The position numbers were made by a program, and so were the translations under genes. The notes below the pieces were generated by a model. The model had not been told where the DNA came from. It made no database searches and saw only the letters and a list, made by a program, of their open reading frames with translations. 61,249 bases of DNA from a virus: positions 1 to 61,249 of the IMG/VR virus record IMGVR_UViG_3300050821_004166; one strand, given 5' to 3'. The stretch's first letter is position 1. The number at the start of each line of letters is the position of its first letter. Below are positions 1-7,932 of the stretch, piece after piece.

Positions 1-97
1 CTCGCAGAGCGATGCAACAGCACATCCTGGGGCTTCAAATTAAGCTAGATGCTGCCATTGCCGCCGCCCAGCCCGTCCCGGCAGAGGGGGCGCAGGC
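1..97. repeat. Terminal direct repeat, copy 1 (identical to 61153-61249); circular-assembly overlap or terminal redundancy
   Basis: Base-by-base comparison: positions 1-97 equal 61153-61249. Confidence 0.95.
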
Positions 98-335
98 GGA
101 GTACGAACGTGGTGTAAAGGACACCACAAAATTCTATCTTGAGCGAGAGGACAAGCAGAAGGAAAGGTACGACGCACTATACGCCTTGAAACTTGGCGGT
201 AATCTTTTCGCGTTAGATTTGCAGAAACGGTTGGAACAAGTGAATGATAGCTTCAAATTAATCGTTGCCGCCATAGCATCTCCAGCTACGGCAGCGCCAG
301 CGGGCTATCCAAAGCCTACGAAGCCAGCGGAATGA
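12..335 (+). CDS. C-terminal part of the junction-spanning gene. Coiled-coil protein directly upstream of TerL; possible small terminase.
   Basis: The frame stays open back to position 3 and continues in frame from ATG 61077 through the repeat (..STRRAMQQH..). The real gene is 61077..61249 joined to 98..335, about 136 aa. Its stop overlaps the TerL start (ATGA at 332). Confidence 0.5.
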   Translation: MQQHILGLQIKLDAAIAAAQPVPAEGAQAEYERGVKDTTKFYLEREDKQKERYDALYALKLGGNLFALDLQKRLEQVNDSFKLIVAAIASPATAAPAGYPKPTKPAE

Positions 336-1051
336 GCACCGCGACCATCAGCGCCTATCGCTTCGACCGGGATACCCTCCTCCGTAGGCAGGACCTCACG
401 ATCGACTGTATGGCGCGTGGGATAGAGGGACCAGACGGCTACTGGATTCCCGGACCGTTGTTCTGGATGAACACACTAACGCAGACGTTCGACCCCCACT
501 ACCTCGACAAAGGCTTGGCGTCCCCACACCGCACCTTCCCGCAGATGCCCTATATGTCTTGGCTGTTCTCGAGGCTGCTCACGGAGTCGATCGTCTTCAT
601 TCCAAAAAGCCGCGAGATGCTTCTCTCCTGGGCGGTCATCGGCTATTGCGTGTGGCGTTGCCAGATTTTCCCCGGTACACAGGTGCTCGTTCAGTCCCAA
701 AAGCACGATAAGGCGTGCGAGCTGGTCAAAGGAACGGAACCTCCGGGGTACGCCTACACTCTCTACGACCGGCAAGACTCTTGGCTGAAGAAGCGATACC
801 CGCTGGCGATGCGAGCGGAAGACCTGCCGGCTGACAACGTGGTATGGGCGAACCATTCCGAGATTCAGGCGATCGGGAGAGGCGCCGACCAAGTTCGCCA
901 GTACCACCCCACCGTCTACGTGGTTGACGAGATGGCGTTCATGGAGGAAGCTGCGGCCAGCTTTGGGGCGGCTACGCCTGTAGCCAAGCAGATAATCTGC
1001 GTTAGCTCCGCTGGACCGGGTTTTTTCGGAGACATATGCAGCGAGGATTAG
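332..1051 (+). CDS. terL: Terminase large subunit, ATPase domain only (N-terminal half of a split TerL)
   Basis: 239 aa. P-loop-like FIPKSREMLLSW (deviant, no GK), Walker-B-like VYVVDEMAF, C-motif-like VSSAG. No nuclease domain in this ORF. Confidence 0.6.
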   Translation: MSTATISAYRFDRDTLLRRQDLTIDCMARGIEGPDGYWIPGPLFWMNTLTQTFDPHYLDKGLASPHRTFPQMPYMSWLFSRLLTESIVFIPKSREMLLSWAVIGYCVWRCQIFPGTQVLVQSQKHDKACELVKGTEPPGYAYTLYDRQDSWLKKRYPLAMRAEDLPADNVVWANHSEIQAIGRGADQVRQYHPTVYVVDEMAFMEEAAASFGAATPVAKQIICVSSAGPGFFGDICSED

Positions 1052-1884
1052 TTCAGATCGAGCAGCCGGGACCGATCATTCGGGTGTTTCCGATCCGAAC
1101 CAGCTATACGCCAAACGATGAGTGGGCGTTCGTTGGCTTCCCAACCTTGTTTCCCCCTGGCACGCGCCAAACTCCTGTTCACGTCAGCGTGGTTTTCAAA
1201 TGGTGCAGAGACCTGGCCGAGAAGATTGCTGCGTCCTGGCGCGATCATTACGACACCGTTCTAATCGGCGGGCCGGCCTACGGCGACTATGGCGACGACT
1301 TCACTCCAGGGATGTATATGAAGCACGGCTGCACCATCACAAGCCGCGGTTGCGTGAAGCATTGCGGTTGGTGCCCAGAGAAGGACCGTCCCCTCCGCGA
1401 GCTGGCCGTCAAACCAGGTTGGATAGTCCAGGATTCGAACCTCCTCGCGTGCTCTGAGCGCCACGTTCGCGCCGTCTTCGACATGCTCCGGGAGCAAGAT
1501 CGATCGATTACCTTCTCCGGAGGGCTCGACAAGCACTTCCTAAAGCCATGGCACAGGGAACTGTTCGACTCCATCAAGATCGAGGCTCTGTGGTTTGCCT
1601 GCGATATCACCAGCGACCTGCCCTGGCTCGAGAAGGCTGCCGAGATATTGGAAGGAATTCCGACCGAGAAGCTCCGCTGCTACACGATGATCGGCTATGA
1701 CGACGTGCCCGAGCCGTTAGATGTGGCCGAACATCGTATCGAGCGAGTCTTTGAACTGGGGTTCCTGCCGTTCTGCCAGCTATACAAGCCCGACGACTAC
1801 GTGAAGATTTACCCGCCAGAGTGGAAAGCCGTTCAACGCAAGTGGGCTAGGCCGGCAGCGTACCGACCTAGGAAGACGGCATGA
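1036..1884 (+). CDS. Radical SAM-type enzyme, function unknown
   Basis: 282 aa. Canonical CX3CX2C with an aromatic residue before the last Cys: SRGCVKHCGWCPE. Overlaps the TerL-N stop by 16 nt. Confidence 0.6.
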   Translation: MQRGLVQIEQPGPIIRVFPIRTSYTPNDEWAFVGFPTLFPPGTRQTPVHVSVVFKWCRDLAEKIAASWRDHYDTVLIGGPAYGDYGDDFTPGMYMKHGCTITSRGCVKHCGWCPEKDRPLRELAVKPGWIVQDSNLLACSERHVRAVFDMLREQDRSITFSGGLDKHFLKPWHRELFDSIKIEALWFACDITSDLPWLEKAAEILEGIPTEKLRCYTMIGYDDVPEPLDVAEHRIERVFELGFLPFCQLYKPDDYVKIYPPEWKAVQRKWARPAAYRPRKTA

Positions 1885-2189
1885 CTCCTCCCGCGGTCCT
1901 TATCGAGTGCCTCGACCAGTTCAAGAAGGATTGGCAATCCACGACCTGTCCCCACTGTGGCGCCGGCAAGTGGAAGAACTCCCCGTTCTGCAGGCGGTGT
2001 TCAATCCGGTTACAGCGCCGCAACCTGTTTGGACGTTTCAAACACTGGACCGGGCACCGCATGGCGGCAAACATCCGATTCTATTGCAAGGATGGATACC
2101 TCGAGCCGCTACACCGTTGGATAACCTGGTACGACCGCTGCCGAGACTATCTGGGAGTAAGCGAGAAAGATGCTCTCGTCGTTGACTGA
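1881..2189 (+). CDS. Small Cys-rich zinc-ribbon protein
   Basis: 102 aa. CPHCG...CRRC pairs. ATGA overlap with the upstream gene. Confidence 0.45.
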   Translation: MTPPAVLIECLDQFKKDWQSTTCPHCGAGKWKNSPFCRRCSIRLQRRNLFGRFKHWTGHRMAANIRFYCKDGYLEPLHRWITWYDRCRDYLGVSEKDALVVD

Positions 2190-2213
2190 GGTGGGACAAA
2201 CAGTCTTAGGCGT

Positions 2214-3218
2214 ATGGATGAGCACGTCACACTCGAGGAAGTTCGCCAGCCGATCGGCAATATGCCCATCATTCCGCGAGGGTGTGACGAATGGTCCGAA
2301 TCAGATCACGGCTATAAGATTCTCAAGGTCCACTATTCCGCTGACCCCGTGAAGACGCCGGCCTGGGCCGAAGCCCAAAAGAAGAAGAGCCCCTCCGAGA
2401 ACACCTTCCGCAGAGAATTCGAGATCGACCACTACGCCGGCAGTGGCGCGGCCATGTATCCGGAGTTTAGCCGCGGGTTGCATGTCGTCAGACCGTTTCC
2501 CATTCCGCACCTCTGGACTCGGTATATGTTCATCGACCCCCACAAACGCCGGCCGCACGCCTTCCTGTGGATGGCAGTGTCTCCGGATGGAGACCACTGG
2601 TACTACCGCGAGTATTGGCCGAGCCGCGTCTACGGCAAGAAGGGCGACACCCCGGAGGACGACAAGCTCTACAAAGTGGACGAATACGTTCAGGCACTCA
2701 AATACATGGAAGGGCCGGATATCAAACACTTCTCTTCCGGAGGCTTCGCGGACAACCAGGGGCAGACCGAGAAGATCCGCATACGGGTAATGGACACGCA
2801 CGGCAAAGCCATCTTCACCACCACGACCGCGGGGAAGGATGAACCGGAGACGTTCTGGGACCGCTACGAGAAACTTGGCATACGTTGCGTCGAGGCCATC
2901 AAGGATGTTGGTTCGGGACGTGACACGGTGGGGATGCGCCTACGACCGCGCAAGGTCATGCTTCCTTCAGGCGAAGCTGAAGAGGCAATCATTCATATAT
3001 TCGACACACTTCCGGAGTTGATTCTCGAGTTGCGGTCGGTGCGCTGGCCGAGTTTGACTCCGGAGCAGGCAGAGAAGATGGATCCCACCGACAAGGTAAT
3101 GCAGAAGCGATGCCACATGACAGACCTGATTCGGTACGGCGAGATGCTTGACCCCATTTACGTTGGACCGGCGCAGGCGCGGAGTCTCAATCCTGTGCAA
3201 GAGGGCATCAGCTATTAG
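2214..3218 (+). CDS. terL: Terminase large subunit, nuclease domain (C-terminal half of a split TerL)
   Basis: 334 aa. RNase-H-fold terminase nuclease pattern: YMFIDPHKRRPHAFLWMAV, IRVMDTHGK, HMTDLIRYG. Also the lid-like segment FRREFEIDH. Confidence 0.65.
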   Translation: MDEHVTLEEVRQPIGNMPIIPRGCDEWSESDHGYKILKVHYSADPVKTPAWAEAQKKKSPSENTFRREFEIDHYAGSGAAMYPEFSRGLHVVRPFPIPHLWTRYMFIDPHKRRPHAFLWMAVSPDGDHWYYREYWPSRVYGKKGDTPEDDKLYKVDEYVQALKYMEGPDIKHFSSGGFADNQGQTEKIRIRVMDTHGKAIFTTTTAGKDEPETFWDRYEKLGIRCVEAIKDVGSGRDTVGMRLRPRKVMLPSGEAEEAIIHIFDTLPELILELRSVRWPSLTPEQAEKMDPTDKVMQKRCHMTDLIRYGEMLDPIYVGPAQARSLNPVQEGISY

Positions 3219-3219
3219 A

Positions 3220-3250
3220 TTGACAATCCAGTGAGCCGGTAAGCTAGACT
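3220..3250 (+). promoter_or_regulatory. Promoter-like element, family 1: TTGACA-N19-TAGACT
   Basis: TTGACA at 3220-3225 and TAGACT at 3245-3250. Same hexamers and spacing as 13297 and 22384. Confidence 0.5.
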
Positions 3251-3275
3251 CTGGACGGTAGAGGAAACGGGACCT

Positions 3276-3312
3276 CGGCATCCTTCGGTTGTCATCGGTC
3301 CGAAGGTTGCCG
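3276..3312 (+). other. Strong RNA hairpin in the portal gene leader
   Basis: CGGCA-T-CCTTCGG (3276-3288) pairs with CCGAAGG-T-TGCCG (3300-3312): 12 bp with one T-T mismatch and an 11-nt loop. No U-tract follows. Confidence 0.55.
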
Positions 3313-3329
3313 GGGTGCGAATCTAAATT

Positions 3330-5582
3330 ATGGCAATATCTGCCACGGCAAACCCCACCGAGAACAAATCCGCTGCAATCATCGGCACCGGCCAAAGCGT
3401 GATGACCGAGGCCGAGCGCAACAAGGTCGAGGAAACCCGCGAGAGAATCAAAGCAAGCGCGGCGTGGCTTCACGACAACTTTTGGGGTGAGTGGCAGGAA
3501 GCCTTCCGGTCCTACGAAGTAAAGACAGAAAAGCTCATCTATCCTCCTGGGCATCCTCAAGCTGGCAAAGAAGACAAGACGCGCACGAACATCGCCATGC
3601 CTGAGATGTTTGTCGGAATTCGGAAGAAAGCCGTCCGCAAAAGCCGCCGGCCGCCCAACATCAACGTTCGATCTTCCGATCAGCAGATAGGAGACTTCCT
3701 GTCTCACATGGCAACCGTCCAGTGGGACCGCGCCGGCGAGCAGAAGTTTCAACGGCGCCACGTTCTTCAGGGAGACTTGTTCGGCATTTCGATCAAGCTC
3801 CATTACTACGACCAGGTAAGCCAGCAAAGGAGCTTGCGCTTCTCTACCGATAAGATTCTCAAAGAGCTTTACGTCAAGATCGATGAGAACGACAAGACGC
3901 GGAACAACTGGGTAATGGCCGATGAGGATGACAAGCGATCAGTCCGCGCTTCTCGGCTGAACGAGCAGGACCGGGCGAACGTGATGGCGAGTCTGGGACC
4001 GGAAGTGAGCCAGTCAAAGAACTTCACGCGGTTCGACGGGCCGGTATCGGAGTGGAAGTTTATCGGAGACTGGTACCCAGAGCCCGAGTTTGACGCCGTG
4101 CAGTCCTCGGCTTGGCATGTCTTCGAGGGCATCAAGGACGCGGAATGGCTGGCCTACATGGCAAGCCAGAAATTCACCGACCCGGAGACCGGCAAGAGGC
4201 GTCCGATCATCGATCCGAAGTTTCTAGGCGAACTCGAGACCTATCGCCCGCTGGACACCATGAACAAGAGCGAGGTATCGGGCGCCGAGCGCGACTTCAA
4301 GCAGACCCTTCGAGACGTCATCTTCAAAGCCCGGCCATCCTTCGAAGCGAGATTGATTCCTGGGCGCCGATACCTCATCCACCAGGACTACACCTTCCGC
4401 AAGGGGTTTTGCTGGATACGCTTCATCGGGAACGAGAAAGTGTTCTTAGGCGAGATGCCGCTACCATGGGACCTCGGCGGGCGCTATCCGATCAGCACCT
4501 ATTGTCCGATGCCGTCCCTGCTGCAAGGGATTGGAGACTCGACGGCACGCAAAGGCCGGCACCTCTGGAAGCTCCACAACATCACCGTCTCGCAGCGCAC
4601 CGACCTAATAACGAACGCTCTCAAGAAGCTGGTTGCGCTTCCCAAAGGCGCCGATATCCCTCCCGAGATCATGGATCTCGGCCTGTTCCGCGTCCTTTTC
4701 AGCGACAACTACCGGGAGATCATTGCGGCGTTCCAGGCTGCCGGCCCACAGGTTCCCGCGCAAGCGTTCGAGCAGGAAGCTGCAGTAATGCGAATGCTTC
4801 AAATGGTCGAGCCATCGATCATTGATTTCGGGGAGCAGAGCCAGGCTGTACCTAACACCGGAAAGACCGCAACCCTCGGCATCCTTCAGCAGCGATCGGC
4901 GGACGGCATCAGCGGGGACGAACTCGAATGCCTGAACGACTCGATTGCCGAGGAGACCGATATCAAGCTGTCCATGTGGCAGCAAGTCTTGAACGAGCGC
5001 GAACTAGAAAGCCTGGGACAGAGTTTCCAGAAGAGTACGTTCTGGACGATCAGCACCGCGGGCGGGCCGGATAAGCCTCGCCGGATGTTTGACGACCCCC
5101 TCGAGCTGCAGGTTGATTTCGAAGTAGAACCCGAGATGGGGAGCACGCTGGCGCTGGATGACGCCATCAAGAAGAACCAGGCGCAGGAGATTTACGATCG
5201 GGCAATCGCTGCCCCTACCGTTTGGAACGTCCAAGAGGCTGCTCTACGGTTGGCGCGTGCGTCCGGGGTGTCAGAGCCAGATAAGCTCATGGCACCCCCG
5301 CCGCCGCCACCGCCACCGCCACCGCCGCAAGAACCGAAGATTTCCGGCACGGTCAATGTCAAGGTCGAGGCCGACGTGGAAACGAGCCATGTCTTAATGT
5401 CCAAGGTGTTCGGCATTGCCCCGCCGTCTCCGCAAGACACGGAAGTAGCGCAGGCTCACGAAAAGCTCGCGGAAGCCGCAGAGAGCGCGAAGCACGCCAG
5501 ATTCCTCCTGGGAGAAGACCCGGACGAGGTTGCTGCCGCCCAAGGGAACAACGGCGCGGGTGGACCGCCGGCAGGCCCGTGA
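3330..5582 (+). CDS. Putative portal protein
   Basis: 750-aa ORF immediately after TerL; size and position are typical. Contains an 11-Pro run near the C-terminus. No motif-level proof. Confidence 0.55.
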   Translation: MAISATANPTENKSAAIIGTGQSVMTEAERNKVEETRERIKASAAWLHDNFWGEWQEAFRSYEVKTEKLIYPPGHPQAGKEDKTRTNIAMPEMFVGIRKKAVRKSRRPPNINVRSSDQQIGDFLSHMATVQWDRAGEQKFQRRHVLQGDLFGISIKLHYYDQVSQQRSLRFSTDKILKELYVKIDENDKTRNNWVMADEDDKRSVRASRLNEQDRANVMASLGPEVSQSKNFTRFDGPVSEWKFIGDWYPEPEFDAVQSSAWHVFEGIKDAEWLAYMASQKFTDPETGKRRPIIDPKFLGELETYRPLDTMNKSEVSGAERDFKQTLRDVIFKARPSFEARLIPGRRYLIHQDYTFRKGFCWIRFIGNEKVFLGEMPLPWDLGGRYPISTYCPMPSLLQGIGDSTARKGRHLWKLHNITVSQRTDLITNALKKLVALPKGADIPPEIMDLGLFRVLFSDNYREIIAAFQAAGPQVPAQAFEQEAAVMRMLQMVEPSIIDFGEQSQAVPNTGKTATLGILQQRSADGISGDELECLNDSIAEETDIKLSMWQQVLNERELESLGQSFQKSTFWTISTAGGPDKPRRMFDDPLELQVDFEVEPEMGSTLALDDAIKKNQAQEIYDRAIAAPTVWNVQEAALRLARASGVSEPDKLMAPPPPPPPPPPPQEPKISGTVNVKVEADVETSHVLMSKVFGIAPPSPQDTEVAQAHEKLAEAAESAKHARFLLGEDPDEVAAAQGNNGAGGPPAGP

Positions 5583-5583
5583 G

Positions 5584-5817
5584 ATGGACTTCACCGAAAC
5601 CGATCGGCTGGTTCTTGGCAGGCTGCTGGACGACCCTGAACTACTCTCCCTACTGAAATCGATCGATTCTACTCGAGCAGAATTCTATTTGAGTGAATTG
5701 CTGCACGAAACCCAGGCCGACTCGCCTAACATGAACAAAATCATCCAGCTTGCTTCGAAGTTTGCTGAGAGGCGGGAAGGTGTCCAGAGATACGGTATCG
5801 AATCAAAGAACCGGTAG
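5584..5817 (+). CDS. Hypothetical protein
   Basis: ATG lies 2 nt after the portal stop; 77 aa. Confidence 0.4.
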   Translation: MDFTETDRLVLGRLLDDPELLSLLKSIDSTRAEFYLSELLHETQADSPNMNKIIQLASKFAERREGVQRYGIESKNR

Positions 5818-5818
5818 C

Positions 5819-6034
5819 ATGGACAACGGATACCACGTAAGGATTTTCTTCAAACCAGAGGAAAACGGCGAGATCGAAGAAAAGCGATTTCGATGCTTAC
5901 TGGCGCGTTCTCCGCAGGGCGCTATCACCAAAGCGTTCGAACTGAGCCGGAAGCGGAATGGCGGGGAGCACTCCAATTATGGATGCAAAAAAATAACGAT
6001 AGAAATTACCTGCCTTGGGCCCGTCGATCAGTAG
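5819..6034 (+). CDS. Hypothetical protein
   Basis: ATG lies 2 nt after the previous stop; 71 aa. Confidence 0.4.
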   Translation: MDNGYHVRIFFKPEENGEIEEKRFRCLLARSPQGAITKAFELSRKRNGGEHSNYGCKKITIEITCLGPVDQ

Positions 6035-6089
6035 TAGAATCTCGACCAATGAAAACCATTTCCCTCACACAAGGGAAGCAGGGCAGAAA

Positions 6090-6281
6090 ATGAAGCCGCA
6101 CGAAGAGCGAGTCGTGAAAGAGAAAGAGGAATTGGACGAGAAGCTCTCGAAGCTGAGGCTGTTTTTCACCTCGGAGACGTTTGGCGAAGTCAACGCGAAC
6201 GAGCAAGCACGGCTGAAGCGGCAAGAAGAGGCTATGAACACGTACTCCGAAATTCTTGGAGAGCGCATCGCAGCGTTTTGA
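6090..6281 (+). CDS. Small coiled-coil protein
   Basis: ATG 6090 lies in frame within ORF 6015..6281; 63 aa, helical and charged. Confidence 0.4.
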   Translation: MKPHEERVVKEKEELDEKLSKLRLFFTSETFGEVNANEQARLKRQEEAMNTYSEILGERIAAF

Positions 6282-6402
6282 AACTCACTTGGCCGTATGG
6301 GTGTGCGGAGAGATTCCGTGACCGAGAACCGCGTGGATAACTCGATGAAACAAAGGCTGAGTGAGAAGTGAAAGGACGAGATTGAACACTGGCCGAATGG
6401 TA

Positions 6403-6419
6403 CGCGGGGAGACCCCGCG
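6403..6419 (+). terminator. GC-rich hairpin, possible terminator
   Basis: CGCGGGG-aga-CCCCGCG: 7-bp perfect stem with a 3-nt loop. A T-run (CTTTTG) comes only about 10 nt later. Confidence 0.3.
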
Positions 6420-6482
6420 GCAAGTCGGGCTCTTTTGCGAGGGCCAAAGGCTGGGAAACAAAGGTCAGTGAAGTAAAGTCTT

Positions 6483-6668
6483 ATGACAGGACCAACCTCT
6501 ACCACACACGTAGCCACGTGCGCCATTTGTCGTATGGACTTCTACAAGCAGGCGACCAGCTACCGCCTAATCTGCCGCAAGTGTGAATTAGCTGCGATCA
6601 AGGACAAAGCAAAAGACGATAGGGTTCCTGCCGGCCCGGCTGCCGCCCTTGGAAAGCAGCCGACGTGA
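6483..6668 (+). CDS. Small zinc-ribbon protein
   Basis: 61 aa; CAIC...CRKC. Confidence 0.35.
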   Translation: MTGPTSTTHVATCAICRMDFYKQATSYRLICRKCELAAIKDKAKDDRVPAGPAAALGKQPT

Positions 6669-7801
6669 AGGTATGCCTGATTTGGTGCGGAAGCATGACG
6701 GCGGCCTGGTCGGTCGGAGACGGGCTCGCAAACGCCTTAAATAAAGCCGGCAACCATGTTCTCCGAATTCCTCGCGGCAGGCGCGAATGTCCCCTCGTAA
6801 CAGTGGAAGCTCTGAACCTGGCCGATGTGATTATCGTCAGCGGTCCGGAGCACATCTTGCGGTCCCAGGTGAAAGGAGAATTGCCGACACCCTACGCCTT
6901 CTCGGACCGGGAAGTGTCGCTCTACGAGTGGAAGAACGAAGTGAAGCCTCCGAAAATCTTCATGTACCACGAAACAAACCGGCGCGAGGACCAGAACTTC
7001 GGCTTCGAGGACTATCTTCAGTACGGTGACTACCACTTCTTTCCGGCCATTCAGGATGCCGAGACGTTCGATCAAGAGCATTTTGCGAAAGGTCGATCGT
7101 TCTGGCTGCCGTTCGGCGTGGATACCGACGTGTTCAAGCCGCTGAAGTGCCCGCATTGCGACTACGGGTTAGGAACGATTCTCGGGGTGCGCGAACCAAA
7201 GAGCGGCGAGACGATGTTCCAGGCACAAACGAACTACTGCAAGGTTTGTCTTGGCTCGAGGACGGCACCGAGTCCCAAGGATATCGATGTGGGCTTCATC
7301 GGACTGATTTACCCGAAACGGCACCTGTACCTCGAGAGCCTTGCGCGGCACGTCAAGGACGGCGATCCCATTCCGATGACTGGCAATGTCCAGGTTTTGG
7401 ACATAGACGGGCTGGCGTACCACGATCAGGCCATGCGGCTGGCGATGAACTACCGGAGGATCAAGGTGTTCCTGAACCTGCCGGCGTACTCCGAGCTGAT
7501 AACGACCAAGGTTGTCGAGGTAATGGCGTGCGGGAGTTTCATGCTCACGCCGATGCTCGAGGGCGCAGCCGAACCTAACTGCATATTCGTGCATGGGAAG
7601 GAATTGGCCTACTACCGGCCTTCGAATCTGCCGTTCCTGGTTCAGACCTGGCGGGAGTTTGTCGATCGAGACCAGCTTCGGGAGAGCATTGCGACCGCGG
7701 GCATGATGCGCGTGCGGGAAACGCTGAGTCTCAAGAAGCAGATAGCGGAGATTTTCTACAAGACCATCATTGAGAGAGCGAAGACGGCGACCATCCAGTG
7801 A
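6665..7801 (+). CDS. Glycosyltransferase-like protein (GT1 / CgeB-like C-terminal domain)
   Basis: 378 aa. The pattern FIGLIYPKRHLYL...KVFLNLPAYSELITTKVVEVMACGSFMLT resembles GT-B C-terminal domains. GTGA overlap with the upstream gene. Confidence 0.5.
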   Translation: MKVCLIWCGSMTAAWSVGDGLANALNKAGNHVLRIPRGRRECPLVTVEALNLADVIIVSGPEHILRSQVKGELPTPYAFSDREVSLYEWKNEVKPPKIFMYHETNRREDQNFGFEDYLQYGDYHFFPAIQDAETFDQEHFAKGRSFWLPFGVDTDVFKPLKCPHCDYGLGTILGVREPKSGETMFQAQTNYCKVCLGSRTAPSPKDIDVGFIGLIYPKRHLYLESLARHVKDGDPIPMTGNVQVLDIDGLAYHDQAMRLAMNYRRIKVFLNLPAYSELITTKVVEVMACGSFMLTPMLEGAAEPNCIFVHGKELAYYRPSNLPFLVQTWREFVDRDQLRESIATAGMMRVRETLSLKKQIAEIFYKTIIERAKTATIQ

Positions 7802-7932
7802 TGTACGAGGGGGGTTCGATGAAGAAGCAATTGCCTTGGGCCGAGCGCACAGCCAAGCCGCACCGCGACGATGCTCTGTACCGCAGGACCGTCAAACGGG
7901 TACCTCGCAAGGTTAGAAAGGAAAAACGATGA
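7801..7932 (+). CDS. 43-aa basic micro-ORF that exactly bridges the GT and SDR genes
   Basis: Not in the ORF track. MYEGGSMKKQLPWAERTAKPHRDDALYRRTVKRVPRKVRKEKR. TGATG overlap at 7799-7803 and ATGA overlap at 7929-7932. Confidence 0.4.
   Translation: MYEGGSMKKQLPWAERTAKPHRDDALYRRTVKRVPRKVRKEKR

Noticed and set aside
1425-1445. tRNA-like T-arm strings: GGTTCGAATCC on the minus strand at about 1431, and GGATCGAATCC at about 22629.
   Set aside because: Both lie inside well-supported CDSs. The flanking sequence does not form acceptor, D or anticodon stems. No tRNA is called.
5291-5330. The CCG/CCA microsatellite-like tract and other short tandem tracts: GAC x5 at about 28656, CTCCCCAACT x2 at about 42911, and CAGCTT/CAGGTT at about 52107.
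   Set aside because: All are in frame within CDSs and simply encode low-complexity peptide runs (P11, D5, NSPTLPNSP, SASASGSS). They are not CRISPR or satellite elements. Only the P11 run is discussed, for its translational implication.
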